Made by a program: the position numbers and the translations under genes. A stretch of DNA of 64,000 nucleotides from Eledone cirrhosa (taxonomy: Eukaryota): contig OZ024743.1 in assembly GCA_964016885.1 (NCBI GenBank), positions 335,916,001-335,980,000 on the forward strand. Reading direction: 5' to 3'. This document shows positions 27,620 through 42,129 of this stretch, in pieces. Below the pieces are notes generated by a model, which made no database searches, was not told the DNA's origin, and saw nothing but the letters and a program-made list of their open reading frames with translations. Each line of letters begins with the position of its first letter. Position 1 is the first letter of the stretch.

Positions 27620-28430
27620 AAATAATTGATGTACCCAGATTTAGAGAGCAATAAACGACCACACACCTCACAAATCAACTCCCTATGTTCTTATTGAGGT
27701 TCATACTGTGGCCTTTTCGAAGCTGACGTTTAAGTTTTTCATTATCAGGACGTTTCTCTTCAAACATTCTGCAGCCTTCACTTCGCATGTCCTCACCATT
27801 TACCCCTCTTTAAAGCAAGCACTTCCCAGTTCTGAACATTAAAATGTAGATCTTTAAGGTTGTTTTTTATGCAATCCTCATATATTTTTCTTGGTTTGTG
27901 CTCAGGGGGTTTCCCAGTGTGCAATTGACTGTAAAATAGTTGTTTTGGGAATCTTTCCTCATTTATGCGCACGACATGGCCTACCCAACGCATTTGAGAG
28001 GATATGATGTAGATCAATGCTCGTGCAACCAGCATCTATAAGGATTTGTGTGTCAGGTATTTCTTATTGCCATTCGATGTTTAGGATACGTCTTAAACAC
28101 TTTTCATTAAAGTGTTCAAGCAAATCGAGTTGTCAACGATGTACTGTCTACGTTTCTGAAGAGTACAACAGTGTACTCAGAATGCAGGCCTTGTACACTA
28201 ATCTTGGTCTTGATATTGAAGCCATGATCTGCCCACACTCTCTTTTCAAGTTTGCCGAAGGCTACAGAGACCTTCTGAGTGCGTAGCTGTATTTCTGCAT
28301 CCAGTGAACCACCCGTTGATAATGCACTGCCCAGGTAAACAAAAGTGTCAACTACACCAAACCTAGTTCCAAGCACCATTATATTTGGCTCAATATATGC
28401 TTCCCCTGGTGATGGGGTGAACATTACCAT
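27620..28430 (-). mobile_element. RTE-BovB-like LINE 3' fragment
   Basis: FVYLGSALS..LDAEI..AFGKL and MRWVGHVVRI.EERFPKQLFY motifs. Confidence 0.8.
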
Positions 28431-28441
28431 ATATATATATA

Positions 28442-28627
28442 TAGGAACGAGTAGGACCCCGACGGGTGAGCTCAAGCCGTTTCGACGGCTAGTTCTGGAC
28501 TAGCCGTCGAAACGGCTTGAGCTCAGCCGTCGGGGTCCTACTCGTTCCTATTACCCACTCTACTACCCTAAGTATTGAGTACTTTGGTGCGTTATGGTCC
28601 ACCTGGTTCCTTACCACATTTCCTTCG

Positions 28628-28630
<3 letters not shown>
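28442..28630 (+). mobile_element. Short Penelope-like fold-back family (other copies 34462-34612, 37172-37335, 37888-38030, 39214-39409)
   Basis: Shared tail ctactaccctaagtattgagtactttggtgcgttatggtcc..cgtta; always in (TA)n; carries a hammerhead 3' half GAAAcggc..gccgTC. Confidence 0.7.
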
Positions 28631-28694
<64 letters not shown>

Positions 28695-28773
28695 CATATA
28701 TATATACACACACACATACATATATATGCATACCCCCCCCCCACCAAAAAAAATTATGATTAGAACTTACTGA

Positions 28774-28815
<42 letters not shown>

Positions 28816-29312
28816 TCAGTAAGTTCTAATCATATTTTCCATACATCCCTCTTCCATGTCGGCATAAACCAATTTTAATATCAAGAGATTGTCCTCCATC
28901 ATTCAAATCAGCAGAGTTGCTTAGTCAGGAAAAAATTACGAAACAAAAAGTGAGTCATTTCATTTCGTTCTAATCATTATTAATATTTTTCGATAAAATA
29001 AAGTACCAGTAATGTACTGGGATAATTGCTGGCCTTGTGCCAAAAAGTAGAAACAATTATTTATATTTTTCATTGGCATTTCTTTTTTCACCACTGAGTA
29101 TCGTCCGTTTTAATTACGCACATTTTGTGAGCACTTACTTTTTTCTTTCTTTTTCTCTATTAATCTCTGTCTGTCTCTTTTCCTTCGTTCCATAACATAA
29201 AGACACATGTATGTATATATGTATGTGTGTATGTATGTAGGTATGTATGTATGTATGGATGGATGGATGTATATATGTTTGTGTGTATGTGTGTTTGAAT
29301 GTATGTATGTAT

Positions 29313-32300
29313 GTTTTTCTGGTTTTATAATTTCATAAAATGTTTCCCAGTAGAGAGAGAGTCGGTTTCTAACATAGATACAAGACTCTCTCATTAGAAT
29401 TTACACAACATCAACTAGGTAGATTATGTATGCATGCATGCATGCATGAGTAGATATGGATGTTACTGTATGTGTGCATGTGTATATGTTTGGTATCTGT
29501 ACATGTGTATATGCAGTTATTAGATGCAACATATTTGGAATGTTTTACATATTTTTACTGTTCCATTAATGGATTGTTCTTGTAATTTCCAAACTAGTTG
29601 TGTTCTTTCTGTTCCGGTGAAGCCTAGCTTCTCAAGATTTGTATTGAGACAGTTACTAACATATCCCAGTGCCCCAATAATCACAGACATAAATCTGAAG
29701 GTGTAATCAGGGTGAAGTATCTGCATATTTCTCATCAGTTCTGCATAAATATTCTCCTTTTCGCTAATCTTTGATATTATATTGACATCTGCTGGGCAGC
29801 TAATTTCCACTACTGTGTATGTTTTCTTCTCCCTATCCCATATCATAATATCTGGTCTGTTATGACTGCCTTTTATTGGGGTTTTTACTGGAACATTCCA
29901 CCAGTACTCTTTCATATTATGTACATCGATGCCTTCCACATTGCTGTAGCTTTTAATGTGTTTATTATCGGGCGGGGCTATCTTTTTTACGGATTGCATT
30001 GTACAGTGTTTTGGCCACTACATCATGCTTCATAGGTAGATAGTACGGCGATGACATCTTTCGACAGCTGCTGATGACATGGGTAACATCTTCGATGTTA
30101 ATTCTGCAAAGTCTGCACTTGTTATCACATCTAGGTGTTTTGCCTGCATCCCTATCTCTTTTGTGTATAGGTATTTCGTGTTAATTTCCTGTTCTTGGAT
30201 TGCAAAAGCGTATCCTTCAAAGTGGGAGCCAATATAGCTGTTGTTGGTTCAAGATAGACTACTTTCCTTATCTATATTACTCTTACTCTGGAGCTTCCTG
30301 GCAACATATCCATGCATGATTTTTTGCTGATAGGCATGCAGTTTTTCATCCATGTATTCACTGCGAAACTTCTGAGCGATTCCCTTCGTGTGAGTTTTTG
30401 ATTATCACACAGAGAATATTTCTCGAGGAGTTCCTTCCCAACTCTCATGATCTTATCTGTTTCATGCAGATAGACTTGCTCGAGAGACGGGGTCCTACGC
30501 TTCGAGGTTCGTAGATGTTGTCGGAAGGATAGGATGCGACATTCAAATGTTGTATCTCGACTGATGTTATGCCTCTGCTTCCCTGCTTACGTTTCAAGTA
30601 AAGGTTTTCTATGTCACTATTGATGTGGACGTTTCCGGTGTTGTTTAGTATTTCATCTATCGTCCAATTGAGTATTCCAAATGGTGGTGTTAGGGCAGGC
30701 AGAGCAAACACATTGTGAGCCACTGTTTTGTTTTGCGCAGAGTTCCGATGACCAGATCTTTTTTAATCAGGTGTAGTATTTCTGTTTACGCGTTCCTTAT
30801 TCCAGATGCCATTATAGGATATGTTCTCATTCATCTATCCCCAAGTATCTGTAGCAGTCCTCATCAGATATCGGTGAAACAGTTAGGCCATTGATGACAA
30901 TGTTGCTAGATTTGGTTGTTGTTTTACCCGCATTACAGTCATATATGAGCATTTATCTTGGCCAAACTCCATTCCTATATCCTTTGAGAACGTTGTAACC
31001 AGGTCAAGAATTTTCTTCATCCCATCCATGTTCTTGGCATAGAGTTTCAGATCGTCCACAAAGAAATGATGGGTTAGGTTCGTATTTCTGTCCTCCTGTG
31101 AGCCAATGATGTATCTTTCTCATTTCTTGAGCAGAAAGGACAAGGGGTTTAATGATAGGATGAATAATATCACAGAGAGACTGTCTCCCTGAAATATACC
31201 CCTGCGATATTTTATTTTATCAGTGAAAATAGAGTTCTCCCTCTCTGTCTTTAACCTTAGGATAGTAGCCCAATAAGAAGACAGCTTCTCTATGGCTCTG
31301 ATAATAATGTCGGAGACTTTAGCAAGTTGGGGGGCCTCTATCATACAAGAGTGGGGAACAAAATCGAAAGCTTTCCTGTAGTCCAGCCAGACTGTAGCCA
31401 TATTCCTCCTAAGTTGTCTCACCTCCGACATCGCAGTTTTGTTGATTAGGAGTTGTTCAGCACATCACCAAACCCCTTCTTTCAAGCTGCTTGTTCATCT
31501 GTGATGATGTTATTATTTTCACAGTGATCTTGGAGGAATAGGCTCAGGCAGGCTGTATACATCTTATACATCAGGTTCTAGAATGCAATGGGTCGGTAGT
31601 TTTTTGCCAAGTAGGTGTCTTTATTCTTGGGGACCAGTAATGTTTGTGCTAATGTCAACCATTCTGGTATAAGTGTATCTCCCTTAAGAACTTGTTGGTA
31701 GAGGTCAGTAAGATACCTCCGATAGAATATCAGTTTTTTGTACCATGTCGCTTCCTGGTATTTTCTTATCTTGGAGTTTTCCTATCACAGTCTCAAGGGT
31801 ACCCTCACTTATTTCGTATGTTTTTGTTGTAGTGTAGGAGCAATAGTTCTTTCGGATTTCTTTTAGCCACACTGCATCTTGGTTAAAATTCTTCTTTTCA
31901 CCCCATATTTTTCTCCAAAAGGAATCTATGTCTTTCTGGGACGGGGCCTCAGTGACACTTTTTATTTGTCCTTCATATCTCTATAGACTGAGGTTTGGTT
32001 TCGTCTGAATCTTTTATTAAGCACTTTTCTTTCATCTACCTTCTTCAGGCATCGGCGCTTTTCGCTAACAACTCTCAATTCTTGTTTGAGGGTGATCAGC
32101 TTATATTGAACAGTTTTGGTTCTACTGTTACCAAACATCGTCTCTATTTTATTTTTCACTCTTTGTTGGTGAGGAATGATATTTTTTGTGTGTTTGTTTG
32201 CATGTAAATGGCATTGTCACTTATCCTATATGTTTTTCGTAGGTCAGCAATCTTTTTTTCTATTTTAGTTATATATGATGGTATTTTTGGTGGTGTTTTG

Positions 32301-33615
32301 TTCTTGTTAATATCTCTGCTATCACCAAGATAATGTTTCACCGTCATTGCTAAGGCATATAAACAGGCGTTGATTTGCTAAAATGTTGGGGTTTTTATCC
32401 GTCGTAAATATCGATCCCCTATTTCGTCAATAACACGTAGTATTTCATTATTTGGTGTTTTATTTTAAGGCGGTGGATTGGCAGTATCGGTAGAGGGTCG
32501 GACGCCATGCTTTCCAGCATAGTTACGTCCCTTTACGATCTGAGTTCAAATCCCGCCGAGGTTGACTTTGCCTTTCATCCTTACGGGGTCGATAAAATAA
32601 AGTACCAGTAATGCACTGGTAATTTCTGGCCTTGTGCCTAAAGTAGAAACAATTATTTGGTGTTTTATTCACCATTGTCATTTTAACACGTCAGCCAGAG
32701 AGATATTTATACATGAGTTAATTTCTCTCTGAAAGATTTCGTTGCGGGAAATTTTAAACTGTTTATACTTTTGATTATCATTATGGATAGTATTTTCCAC
32801 AACAGTCGAGGTAGACTCGGATGGTACACGTGGTGTCAAATTTCTTCGATTATTATTATTATTTCGTCGATTATTATTATTATCGATAGTGTTTTCCCCA
32901 GCATTCGAGGTAGACTTTAATGGTACACGTGGTGTCAAGTTTCTTACAGGCATAGTTGTTTCAAGGCACTGTTCGACCCGGCTGCTAGGAAGTCTAGTAG
33001 GAAGTCTAGTAGCATGGCGACCTGTAGCACGTATTGTTGATTCCATGTTTGTTGTGGGAGACTTACAATTAATAATATTTATCTTATTTTTTCGTTCAAC
33101 AATCGTGGCTTGTTGACGTCATTGTTTCGCTGTGAAATAATTTAGCTCTGGGTGTATTTCGTCCCAGTATAGCTTCAATCTATTCATATAGCCAGTGGAG
33201 GGATTGTTTTTTGTCATTTTATAACAATTAAATAAATCATCATTAAGTTCGCAACTCCTAGAGAAATTCGATTTATAATTTCGGTTTCTTCTGTAGCTAC
33301 AACTAAATAAAGTTTGTTTACCTTTCTCGTTGTTTGTCTTCGATACTTCCTTAATTTTGTTGTTGATGTTGTGTTCAGCCATGCTGTTTGCAGCAAATGC
33401 TTGTAAAAGAAATTATGTATTTAGTCGGATATCTCTACGAACTCGAATAAAAGGTGTCTTCAGAAGATATAGTTAGAAGAATAACCAGTTATTCAACATG
33501 ACTGTAGTTGTGGCATTACTGTCGGAGATACTATTCATCTTAAATTTAATAAATAATCTCCCACGCCAAAATATGCGACTGATCGCGTTGACTGTGATGT
33601 ATGGCATGTATTTAC
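29313..33615 (-). mobile_element. Near full-length decayed R4/Dong-like LINE in (CATA)n
   Basis: RT motifs WLDYRKAFD, RGIFQGDSLS, FVDDLKLY; CCHC region near 30020-30120; REL HNRPDIMIWD..VEISCP (29520-29999); (TATG)n at both ends on the plus strand. Confidence 0.88.
32468..32655 (+). mobile_element. tRNA-derived SINE nested in the R4-like LINE
   Basis: A-box-like tggcagtatcgg, B-box gagttcaaatcc, central gcctttcatccttacggggtcgataaaataaagtaccag (resembles Meta/MESC-type SINE core); TSD ttatttggtgttttatt. Confidence 0.88.
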
Positions 33616-33632
33616 GTACGTATGTATGTATG

Positions 33633-34055
33633 TTATACAAGAGTTGTCCTGGGATTCGATCATCCTCCATTCTGCAGAGGTGTCAGGTCCATCGCAAACG
33701 CCGTTGTTGGATGATACTCTCAATGTTCCGACACTCACTTCTCTCAAGGACCTCAAGATCACACACATGCATCTGCCACTTGATACCGAGCATCTTTCTG
33801 AGACACTGCTGATGTAATCTTTCCAGTATTTGGACTTGCCATGTTCAAAGAGAAACAGTGAACTGTGATCTCTAGGGTATTGTGCGGGTTCACAGGCAAC
33901 CTGATGCAAGACCTCGGGCCAGAGATTTCCATAGTTGTCGTCAGTGTATGAAGGAGTGCAAGTCTCTAGCAGGCTTGAAAATCTATATCCGAGCCTCGCA
34001 CTTCTGAATCTGACAAGCGATTTCGATACTCTTAGAAGAGTTTGCAACCATCATG
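33633..34055. mobile_element. RTE 3' fragment with internal inversion
   Basis: 33633-33830 matches 59055-59245 in the same orientation; 33870-34055 matches 58512-58700 inverted. Confidence 0.75.
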
Positions 34056-34204
34056 CATGTATATATGCATGTATGTATGTTCTTCTGGTTTTATAATTTC
34101 ACAAATTTTTGCCTGATATATATGTATATGTTATGTATATATATATACTATAAATTATATATATATATATATATATACATATATATACATATATATATAT
34201 ATAT

Positions 34205-34316
34205 GTGGCGGAGTGGTTAGAGAATTGGATTCACAATCGTAAGGTTGTGAGTTCGATTCCTGGACCAGGCGATGCGTTATGTCCTTGAGCAAGACACTTT
34301 ATTTCACGTTGCTCCT
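34205..34316 (+). mobile_element. Second tRNA-derived SINE family, partial
   Basis: A box tggcggagtgg, B box gagttcgattcc, then tgtccttgagcaagacactt. Confidence 0.75.
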
Positions 34317-34608
34317 TCTACCTGGAGTTGCGACCGATAGATAGTATTAGCAATTGGAAAAACCAACGGAAACATTGTTCCCTCGGTCCGATTTGACGAA
34401 AGTCGATCGTTCCTATATATATATATATGTTTGCATGGATGTGTGTGTATATATATATATATAACGAAGGAGTTGTGGTAAGGAACCAGATGGACCATAA
34501 CGCACCAGAGTACTCAATACTTAGAGTAGTAGAGTGGGTAATAGGAACATGTATGACAGAAATAGCCATCGAAACGGCTTGAGCTCTGCCGTAGGGGTCA
34601 TACATTTT

Positions 34609-34659
<51 letters not shown>

Positions 34660-35031
34660 TATAAGGATAAGGGACAAGCATTCAGTGTTGCATCATAGCA
34701 TATTTAATAACATATTACATATGTTTCACTATCGATCAGCTCGAGGCAAGACCTATTATAGATCAAACTTGACACTAATCGAAAGGTTGTCAGATATGCT
34801 TAGTATATGAATTCGTCTCCGATTCATATATATACACACACACTGGTCTTACTCTTTACTTTCTCCTGACGTCATGCTATGGGTAGCGAATATTTTCAAA
34901 ACCTTCGACATTTTCAATTTGTTCGCCAGTAAATTAATCATAAATATAGAATGTCTTTTAATGTTAAGAAAACTTCTCAAGAACCTGATTAAAAAACATA
35001 CTTTTTCTTTCTTATACTAGTAGACATCTTT

Positions 35032-35300
<269 letters not shown>

Positions 35301-35339
35301 TTGCGAGGTTTTTTATATGAAATCGTGTGTCGAAACAGA

Positions 35340-37087
35340 TATTGTTATATTTGGGGAGGGTCATATTTGCGTAATATTGCCAGAATTAATAACAGAACAC
35401 ACTCACTGTTTGGTTGGTTTTCGCTTCTCGCTGTCTTTTATATATATATATCTGCGATCTAACTTACTCGGTCCTCAATGTTGCCATTGACTGACCGGCG
35501 GTCAAAAATAATACAGATACAATATAGACACAAACACATATATATAGTTTACATAATTTACATAAATCTTTCGTTGCACATCTGCAACATCGTCAGTGGT
35601 GTTATATTCATTGTTCCTCCTGTTGTGTTGTATGTCTACGCCATTTTTTTTTGTTCAGTCTGTCTATATATTTATTTATTTATTTGCGTGTTTGTTTATC
35701 TTATTTTATTTTGTCTTCTTTGCGCATGCGTTTGCGTGTGTGTATAGTGTTATGTGTGATGTGTGACTAGTGTGTATAGTGTTGTGTCTGCTGGGTGACT
35801 AGTGTGTGTTTATGTGCTTGTGTATGTATTTATTTATCTTATTTTATTTTATTTTATTTACTTATTTATACTTCTCTTAGGTCAGTGTTGTTTGTTTGGG
35901 TGTTGTTGTTGTTCCACTCATTCTTTCTGTTTAGCTTTGGTCTTCTAATTTCTATTTCACTGGCCTCTCTGATTTGCCTATCTGCTGGGTCATTCCTATG
36001 TTTAGATATTATTCTAATTTCTATGTTGTCTATGTTACCGTCATGTTGTTGTCTAGCATGTTCGTATAGTACTGACCCGTTTTTTCGTCCTTTTAGTTCC
36101 CCCCAGTGTTGGTCTATCCTTTCACCTATGCTACGAGCTGTCTCACCTATGTATGTTGTTGTCATGTTTCTGCAAGTACCCTCTGTACATCTTATGCTAT
36201 AGCATAAGTACCCTCTGTACATCTTATGCTATAGCATAAGATGTACAGAGGGTACTTGCAGAAACATGACAACAACATACATAGGTGAGACAGCTCGTAG
36301 CATAGGTGAAAGGATAGACCAACACTGGGGGGAACTAAAAGGACGAAAAAACGGGTCAGTACTATACGAACATGCTAGACAACAACATGACGGTAACATA
36401 GACAACATAGAAATTAGAATAATATCTAAACATAGGAATGACCCAGCAGATAGGCAAATCAGAGAGGCCAGTGAAATAGAAATTAGAAGACCAAAGCTAA
36501 ACAGAAAGAATGAGTGGAACAACAACAACACCCAAACAAACAACACTGACCTAAGAGAAGTATAAATAAGTAAATAAAATAAAATAAAATAAGATAAATA
36601 AATACATACACAAGCACATAAACACACACTAGTCACCCAGCAGACACAACACTATACACACTAGTCACACATCACACATAACACTATACACACACGCAAA
36701 CGCATGCGCAAAGAAGACAAAATAAAATAAGATAAACAAACAAGCAAATAAATAAATAAATATATAGACAGACTGAACAAAAAAAAAATGGCGTAGACAT
36801 ACAACACAACAGGAGGAACAATGAATATAACACCACTGACGATGTTGCAGATGTGCAACGAAAGATTTATGTAAATTATGTAAACTATATATATGTGTTT
36901 GTGTCTATATTGTATCTGTATTATTTTTGACCGCCGGTCAGTCAATGGCAACATTGAGGACCGAGTAAGTTAGATCGCAGATATATATATATATAAAAGA
37001 CAGCGAGAAGCGAAAACCAACCAAACAGTGAGTGTGTTCTGTTATTAATTCTGGCAATATTACGCAAATATGACCCTCCCCAAATAT

Positions 37088-37092
<5 letters not shown>
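35340..37092. mobile_element. Penelope-like element as a large inverted duplication (GIY-YIG end plus pLTR on both arms)
   Basis: Arms of about 870 bp are near-identical reverse complements; ORF YIGETARSIGERIDQH..LYEH..RQIREASEI..PKLNRK is a PLE GIY-YIG endonuclease. Confidence 0.9.
36266..36565 (+). pseudogene. GIY-YIG endonuclease C-terminal fragment (mirrored at 35866-36222, minus)
   Basis: YIGET.R...R..QH, conserved E and LN motifs. Confidence 0.88.
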
Positions 37093-37175
<83 letters not shown>

Positions 37176-37334
37176 CGAAGGAAATGTGGTAAGGAACCAG
37201 ATGGACCATAACGCACCAGAGTACTCAATACTTAGGTTAGCAGAGTGGGTAATAGGAGAAGAAGTTTAACCCCGACGGCAGAGCTCAAGCCGTTTCGACG
37301 GCTTGAGCTCTGCCGTCGGGGTTAAACTTTTTCC

Positions 37335-37820
37335 TATATATATACATATATATATACATATATATATATATATAGATATATGTGTACAGACGTACAGTAG
37401 TATGTATATATATACATGCATGCACACACATATATATGTACGTATGGATTTACCGAACATGTATTATAATGTTCGGTTTGTTTGTAAACAAACAGCCCGA
37501 ATTACGCCGTACAGTGCTCGGCAACCATCGTCGCCCTTTTATTCAACATTGACACAGGAACGATGTACTAGTTTAAAGCTTATTAGCTATCGTCAGCATC
37601 GTATACCTTCGTGTCAGATGATTGAACGTTTGAAAGTATATACTTTCCTTATGCATATTAACGGCTGAGTAGCCTAATTTGCATATCGAGTGAGTTAGTT
37701 GGCCGGGCACACCGAAAACGATAAATGGAAAAGAATGAAACGAAATTTCATTATACTTACTTATATTTAGGTATCAGCCGTACTAAGAGTGAGAAATGAA
37801 ATTTCGTTTCATTCTTTTCC

Positions 37821-37825
<5 letters not shown>
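37335..37825 (-). mobile_element. Second copy of the ~435-bp hammerhead unit, rearranged, with a terminal inversion
   Basis: 37420-37750 is the reverse complement of 22875-23200; hammerhead at 37560-37602 reads CTGACGA..TAAA-ctag-TA. Confidence 0.72.
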
Positions 37826-37890
<65 letters not shown>

Positions 37891-38030
37891 TGGACTGAAT
37901 TAGCCGTCGAAACGGCTTGAGCTCAGCCGTCGGGGTCTTACTGGTTCCTATTACCCAGTCTACTACCCTAAGTATTGAGTACTTTGGTGCGTTATGGTCC
38001 ACCTGGTTCCTTACCACATTTCCTTCGTTA

Positions 38031-38133
<103 letters not shown>

Positions 38134-38251
38134 TTATTTATATATATATATATTTATTTTTATTTATTTATATGTATATATATATATATGCCTCTGTCTA
38201 ATTCTGTCTTTCCCTGCCTCTCTTCCAGCCTCCTCTCTTTCACACCCTCTC

Positions 38252-38377
<126 letters not shown>

Positions 38378-38764
38378 TACTTATATGTGGGTATTTATCT
38401 TTGTGCATGTAAATGTGTGTTTGCATGTATGTGTTTGTGCGTATGCATGTATGTTCATGTGTCGGCATGTGTGTACGTTCTGTCGCCATCTGCTTTTCCA
38501 ATATCAATATCATTAATAACATATTCTTTGGACATTCATTTTCTCAGAACTTCTTTTCAATATACCATTCCATTGATTCTCACGTGATCTAGTTATCCTC
38601 ACATTTAAAATACCACCACATCTTTTAGTATTTTTCATTTTTTTCTTCTGGCCTATACATGTTTTTAGTAAGCGACCTTACCAACTAGATTGTTCTGAAA
38701 CTGCAAACTTTACCATGTACTTTTAAATAAACAAAAACTATATTTGAGTTACTATACCTAATGG

Positions 38765-38925
38765 TTAGGAGCCGAATTGTCAAAGTCGTTAGAACATCGG
38801 ATAGAATGATTTATGGTATTCGTTCCGGCCTTCTACTCCATCAGTTCAAATCCCGCCGAGGTCAAATTTGCCTTTCATCCTTTCGCGGTCGATAAAAAAG
38901 TACCAGTCTAGTACTGGGGTCGACT
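38765..38925 (+). mobile_element. tRNA-derived SINE
   Basis: agttcaaatcccgccgaggtcaaatttgcctttcatcc..gtaccag. Confidence 0.78.
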
Positions 38926-39168
38926 CTTACTCTATATCTCTTTCTCATTTTTCCTCTCACTTTCGAGCTTTCTCTGGAAGATAGATTTGTTTGCAAGCCA
39001 GCGGCCTTACTATGCTATTCTGCGTTTAGATGACTATCGTCATCCGTTTGTTCAACAGTAGCAACGAGGAAAAATCAACATGTTTATGGGTCATTTTTTC
39101 CCTTCATCAGGACTGTATACATACATGCACAAATAGACGCACACGCGCACATACACTCACATACACAG

Positions 39169-39216
<48 letters not shown>

Positions 39217-39406
39217 GAGAAAGTATAACCCCGACGGCAGAGCTCAAGCCGTTTCGACGGCTATTTCTGGACTCAGAAATAGCCGTCGAAACGGCTTGAA
39301 CTCTGCCGACGGGGTCATACTTTCACCCATTACCCACTCTACTACCCTAACTATTGAGTACTTTGGTGCGTTATGGTCCATCTGGTTCCTTACCACAACT
39401 CCTCCG

Positions 39407-39491
<85 letters not shown>

Positions 39492-39892
39492 TATATATGT
39501 AAGTAAAAGCAAACATTTCAATAGACAAATATTCTGCTGGTGTCTAGTACTGTTTTATTCGTATGAAACAGTTACTATGTAAACTTCTGTCTTTACTCTA
39601 CACATGTATTGAGTACCTTATTTACTGTGGTTAACCTCGACTCAACTCGGGCTCTACTTATATATAATAGGCATAAATATTGTTATATTTTGGGAGGGTC
39701 ATGCTGCCAATAAACTCACACGCAGCGGTTGGTTTTCACTTCAATTTATCATTAACTTCCAGTTTAATATCCGGATGGTTGTTTATTTGTTGATTAACAA
39801 ACTCTTTCTTCGCACGTTCTATGGTCTTCTTAGTGACAATCTTTGTTATTGTGTGTCTTTCTTTTGATCTATCTTAAACAATCTTAAACAAT

Positions 39893-40070
39893 AGGGCGGT
39901 AGTTTGGCAGTATAGGTAGACACCATGCTTTGCAGCAGAGTTATGGCCCTTTGCGTTCTGAATTCAAATCCTCCGAGGTTAACTTTGCCTTTCATCCTCA
40001 CGAGGTCAATAATATAAAGTACCATTGATGCACTGGAGTAATCGCTGGCCTTGTTCCCAAAGTAGAAACT
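39893..40070 (+). mobile_element. tRNA-derived SINE
   Basis: Family consensus. Confidence 0.8.
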
Positions 40071-40213
40071 CTATGCGCCCGTGTGGCAAATAAAGAAATA
40101 TATCTTAAATAATCTTCTTTTTGTGACATAAATAATTAGGTATGAGGGTATATATTGTGTGTAGGCTTCTATATATGTATGTATACATGTATGTATATAT
40201 ATATGTGTAGATT

Positions 40214-40262
<49 letters not shown>

Positions 40263-40417
40263 ATATATATTTATATGATTACATTTATGTATATATGTAT
40301 GTATACATATATGTATGTATGTATATATGTATGTATGTGCATGTATGTGTGTGTCTGTATGTATGTATGTATGCTTAACCTTTAATGACATACAATCTAT
40401 GTATATACGTATGTATG

Positions 40418-41043
40418 TTCTTCTGGTTTTATAATTTCACAAATTTTTGCCAATAGATAGAGAGTCGGTTTCTAACATAGACACAAGACTCTCTCATTGG
40501 AATTTACACATCAACTAGGTAGATATGTATGCATGTCTGCATGTGTGTGTAGGTGTGGATGTTATTGCATGTGTGTATGTGTTTGTTTTCAGTTGTATGT
40601 GTGCATGTGTATATGCTTTGTATCTACATGTGTACATGAAGTTATTAGATGCAAAATATTTGGAATGTTTTACATATTTTTACTGTTCCATTAATGGATT
40701 GTACTTGTAATTTCCTAACTAGTTATGTTCTTTCTGTTTCTGTAAAGCCCAGCCTCTCAAGATTTGTACTGAGGGAGGCAGTTACTAACATACCCCAGTG
40801 CCCCAATAATCACAGGCATAAATCTGAAGGTTATAGTCAGGGTGGAGTATGTGCAGATTCTCATTAGTTCGGCATAAATATTCTCCTTTTCGCTAATCTT
40901 TGATATTATATTGGCATCTGCTGGGCAGCTAAATTCCCCTACTGTGCATGCCTTCTTTTCCCTGTCCCATATCATTATATCTGGTCTGTTATGCCTGCAT
41001 TTTATTGGGGTTTTTACTGGAACGTTCCACGACTATTCATTCT
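40418..41043 (-). mobile_element. 5'-truncated R4/Dong-like LINE, same family as 29313-33615
   Basis: Matches 29313-29910; (TATG)n on both flanks. Confidence 0.87.
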
Positions 41044-41459
41044 ATGTATGTATGTATGTATGTATGTATGTATGTATGTATGTATGTATGTATGTATGTA
41101 TGTTTATATGTATAGCTACTGTCGCTCAGAGAGTGGGATTGGCTCAGTGCACAGTCTTTCCTCACTTTAAAAAAATCTTCGCGCACAGGCATTGCACGAT
41201 AGAATTAATTAATAATTATTAATAATGGTAAATCGTGCAATGGCCATACTCGATAACGTGGCGGCAGCCATCATTTATGTATGTATGACGGGTACACACA
41301 CACTTGAAAGTTTAGTAAACATAGAACCCATTCTTGTATTTGCTGTCGGTTGGTGGTTATTCAAGTCGAAAATTATGTCGGTTTCTTTAAGTACATGTGA
41401 TATATTACTGAATGAAGTCCGAGGAGGATGTGGCTTTCTTTAATTACACAAGAGATACA

Positions 41460-41578
41460 GAATAATTGTTTCTACTTTTAGGCACAAGGCCAGCAATTAC
41501 CCAGTGTATTACTGGTACTTTATTTTATCGACCCTGTAAGGATGAAAGGCAAAGTCAACCTCGCCTTTCATCCTTAAG
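41460..41578 (-). mobile_element. Truncated SINE with TSD
   Basis: acaagagatacagaataat repeated on both sides. Confidence 0.78.
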
Positions 41579-41823
41579 ATACAAGAGATACAGAATAATG
41601 TAACACTCGTATCACAAAGATGGCAGGATAGAAATGAAGATGTATTAACAACAATAAAACAGCCATGTGTCTGTAGGAATTGGTCAGTCGCTAGAATAAC
41701 ATGCAATTTATTGACTGTCATTGTGTAAGTCACTCCACTTGGGAGGTTAATAACTCAATATAGGATTCAATGGGATACTTATCTTTAAAGACAGATTTTG
41801 TCAATTAGCTAGCAGGTGGTCGT

Positions 41824-41950
41824 CTTCTTCTTCTTCTTCTTCTTCTTCTTCTTCTTCTTCTTCTTCTTCTTCTTCTTCTTCTTCTTCTTCTTCTTCTTCT
41901 TTTTCTTCTTCTTCTTCTTCTTCTTCTTCTTCTTCTTCTTCTTCTTCTTC
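41824..41950. repeat. (TTC)n tract, probably a (GAA)n retroposon tail
   Basis: Read directly; a similar tract at 62303-62389 terminates an RTE-like 3' end. Confidence 0.9.
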
Positions 41951-42129
41951 TGTGAAACTTCCTTTGTATTCTGCTTCTTTTCCCAACTCATACTGAGTGT
42001 GAAACTGACACCTGTGTCATAATTTTATAATACACACATTATAAACCAATTGTGACTCAAGTTATGCCACAATGGCACAAACAACAGTAAATATCTTTGA
42101 AAGGTTTTTAAATTGACAATGCACTTCTC

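Noticed and set aside
32468-32570. tRNA genes at SINE heads (also 34205-34270)
   Set aside because: A and B boxes are present, but there is no complete cloverleaf and they run into SINE body sequence.
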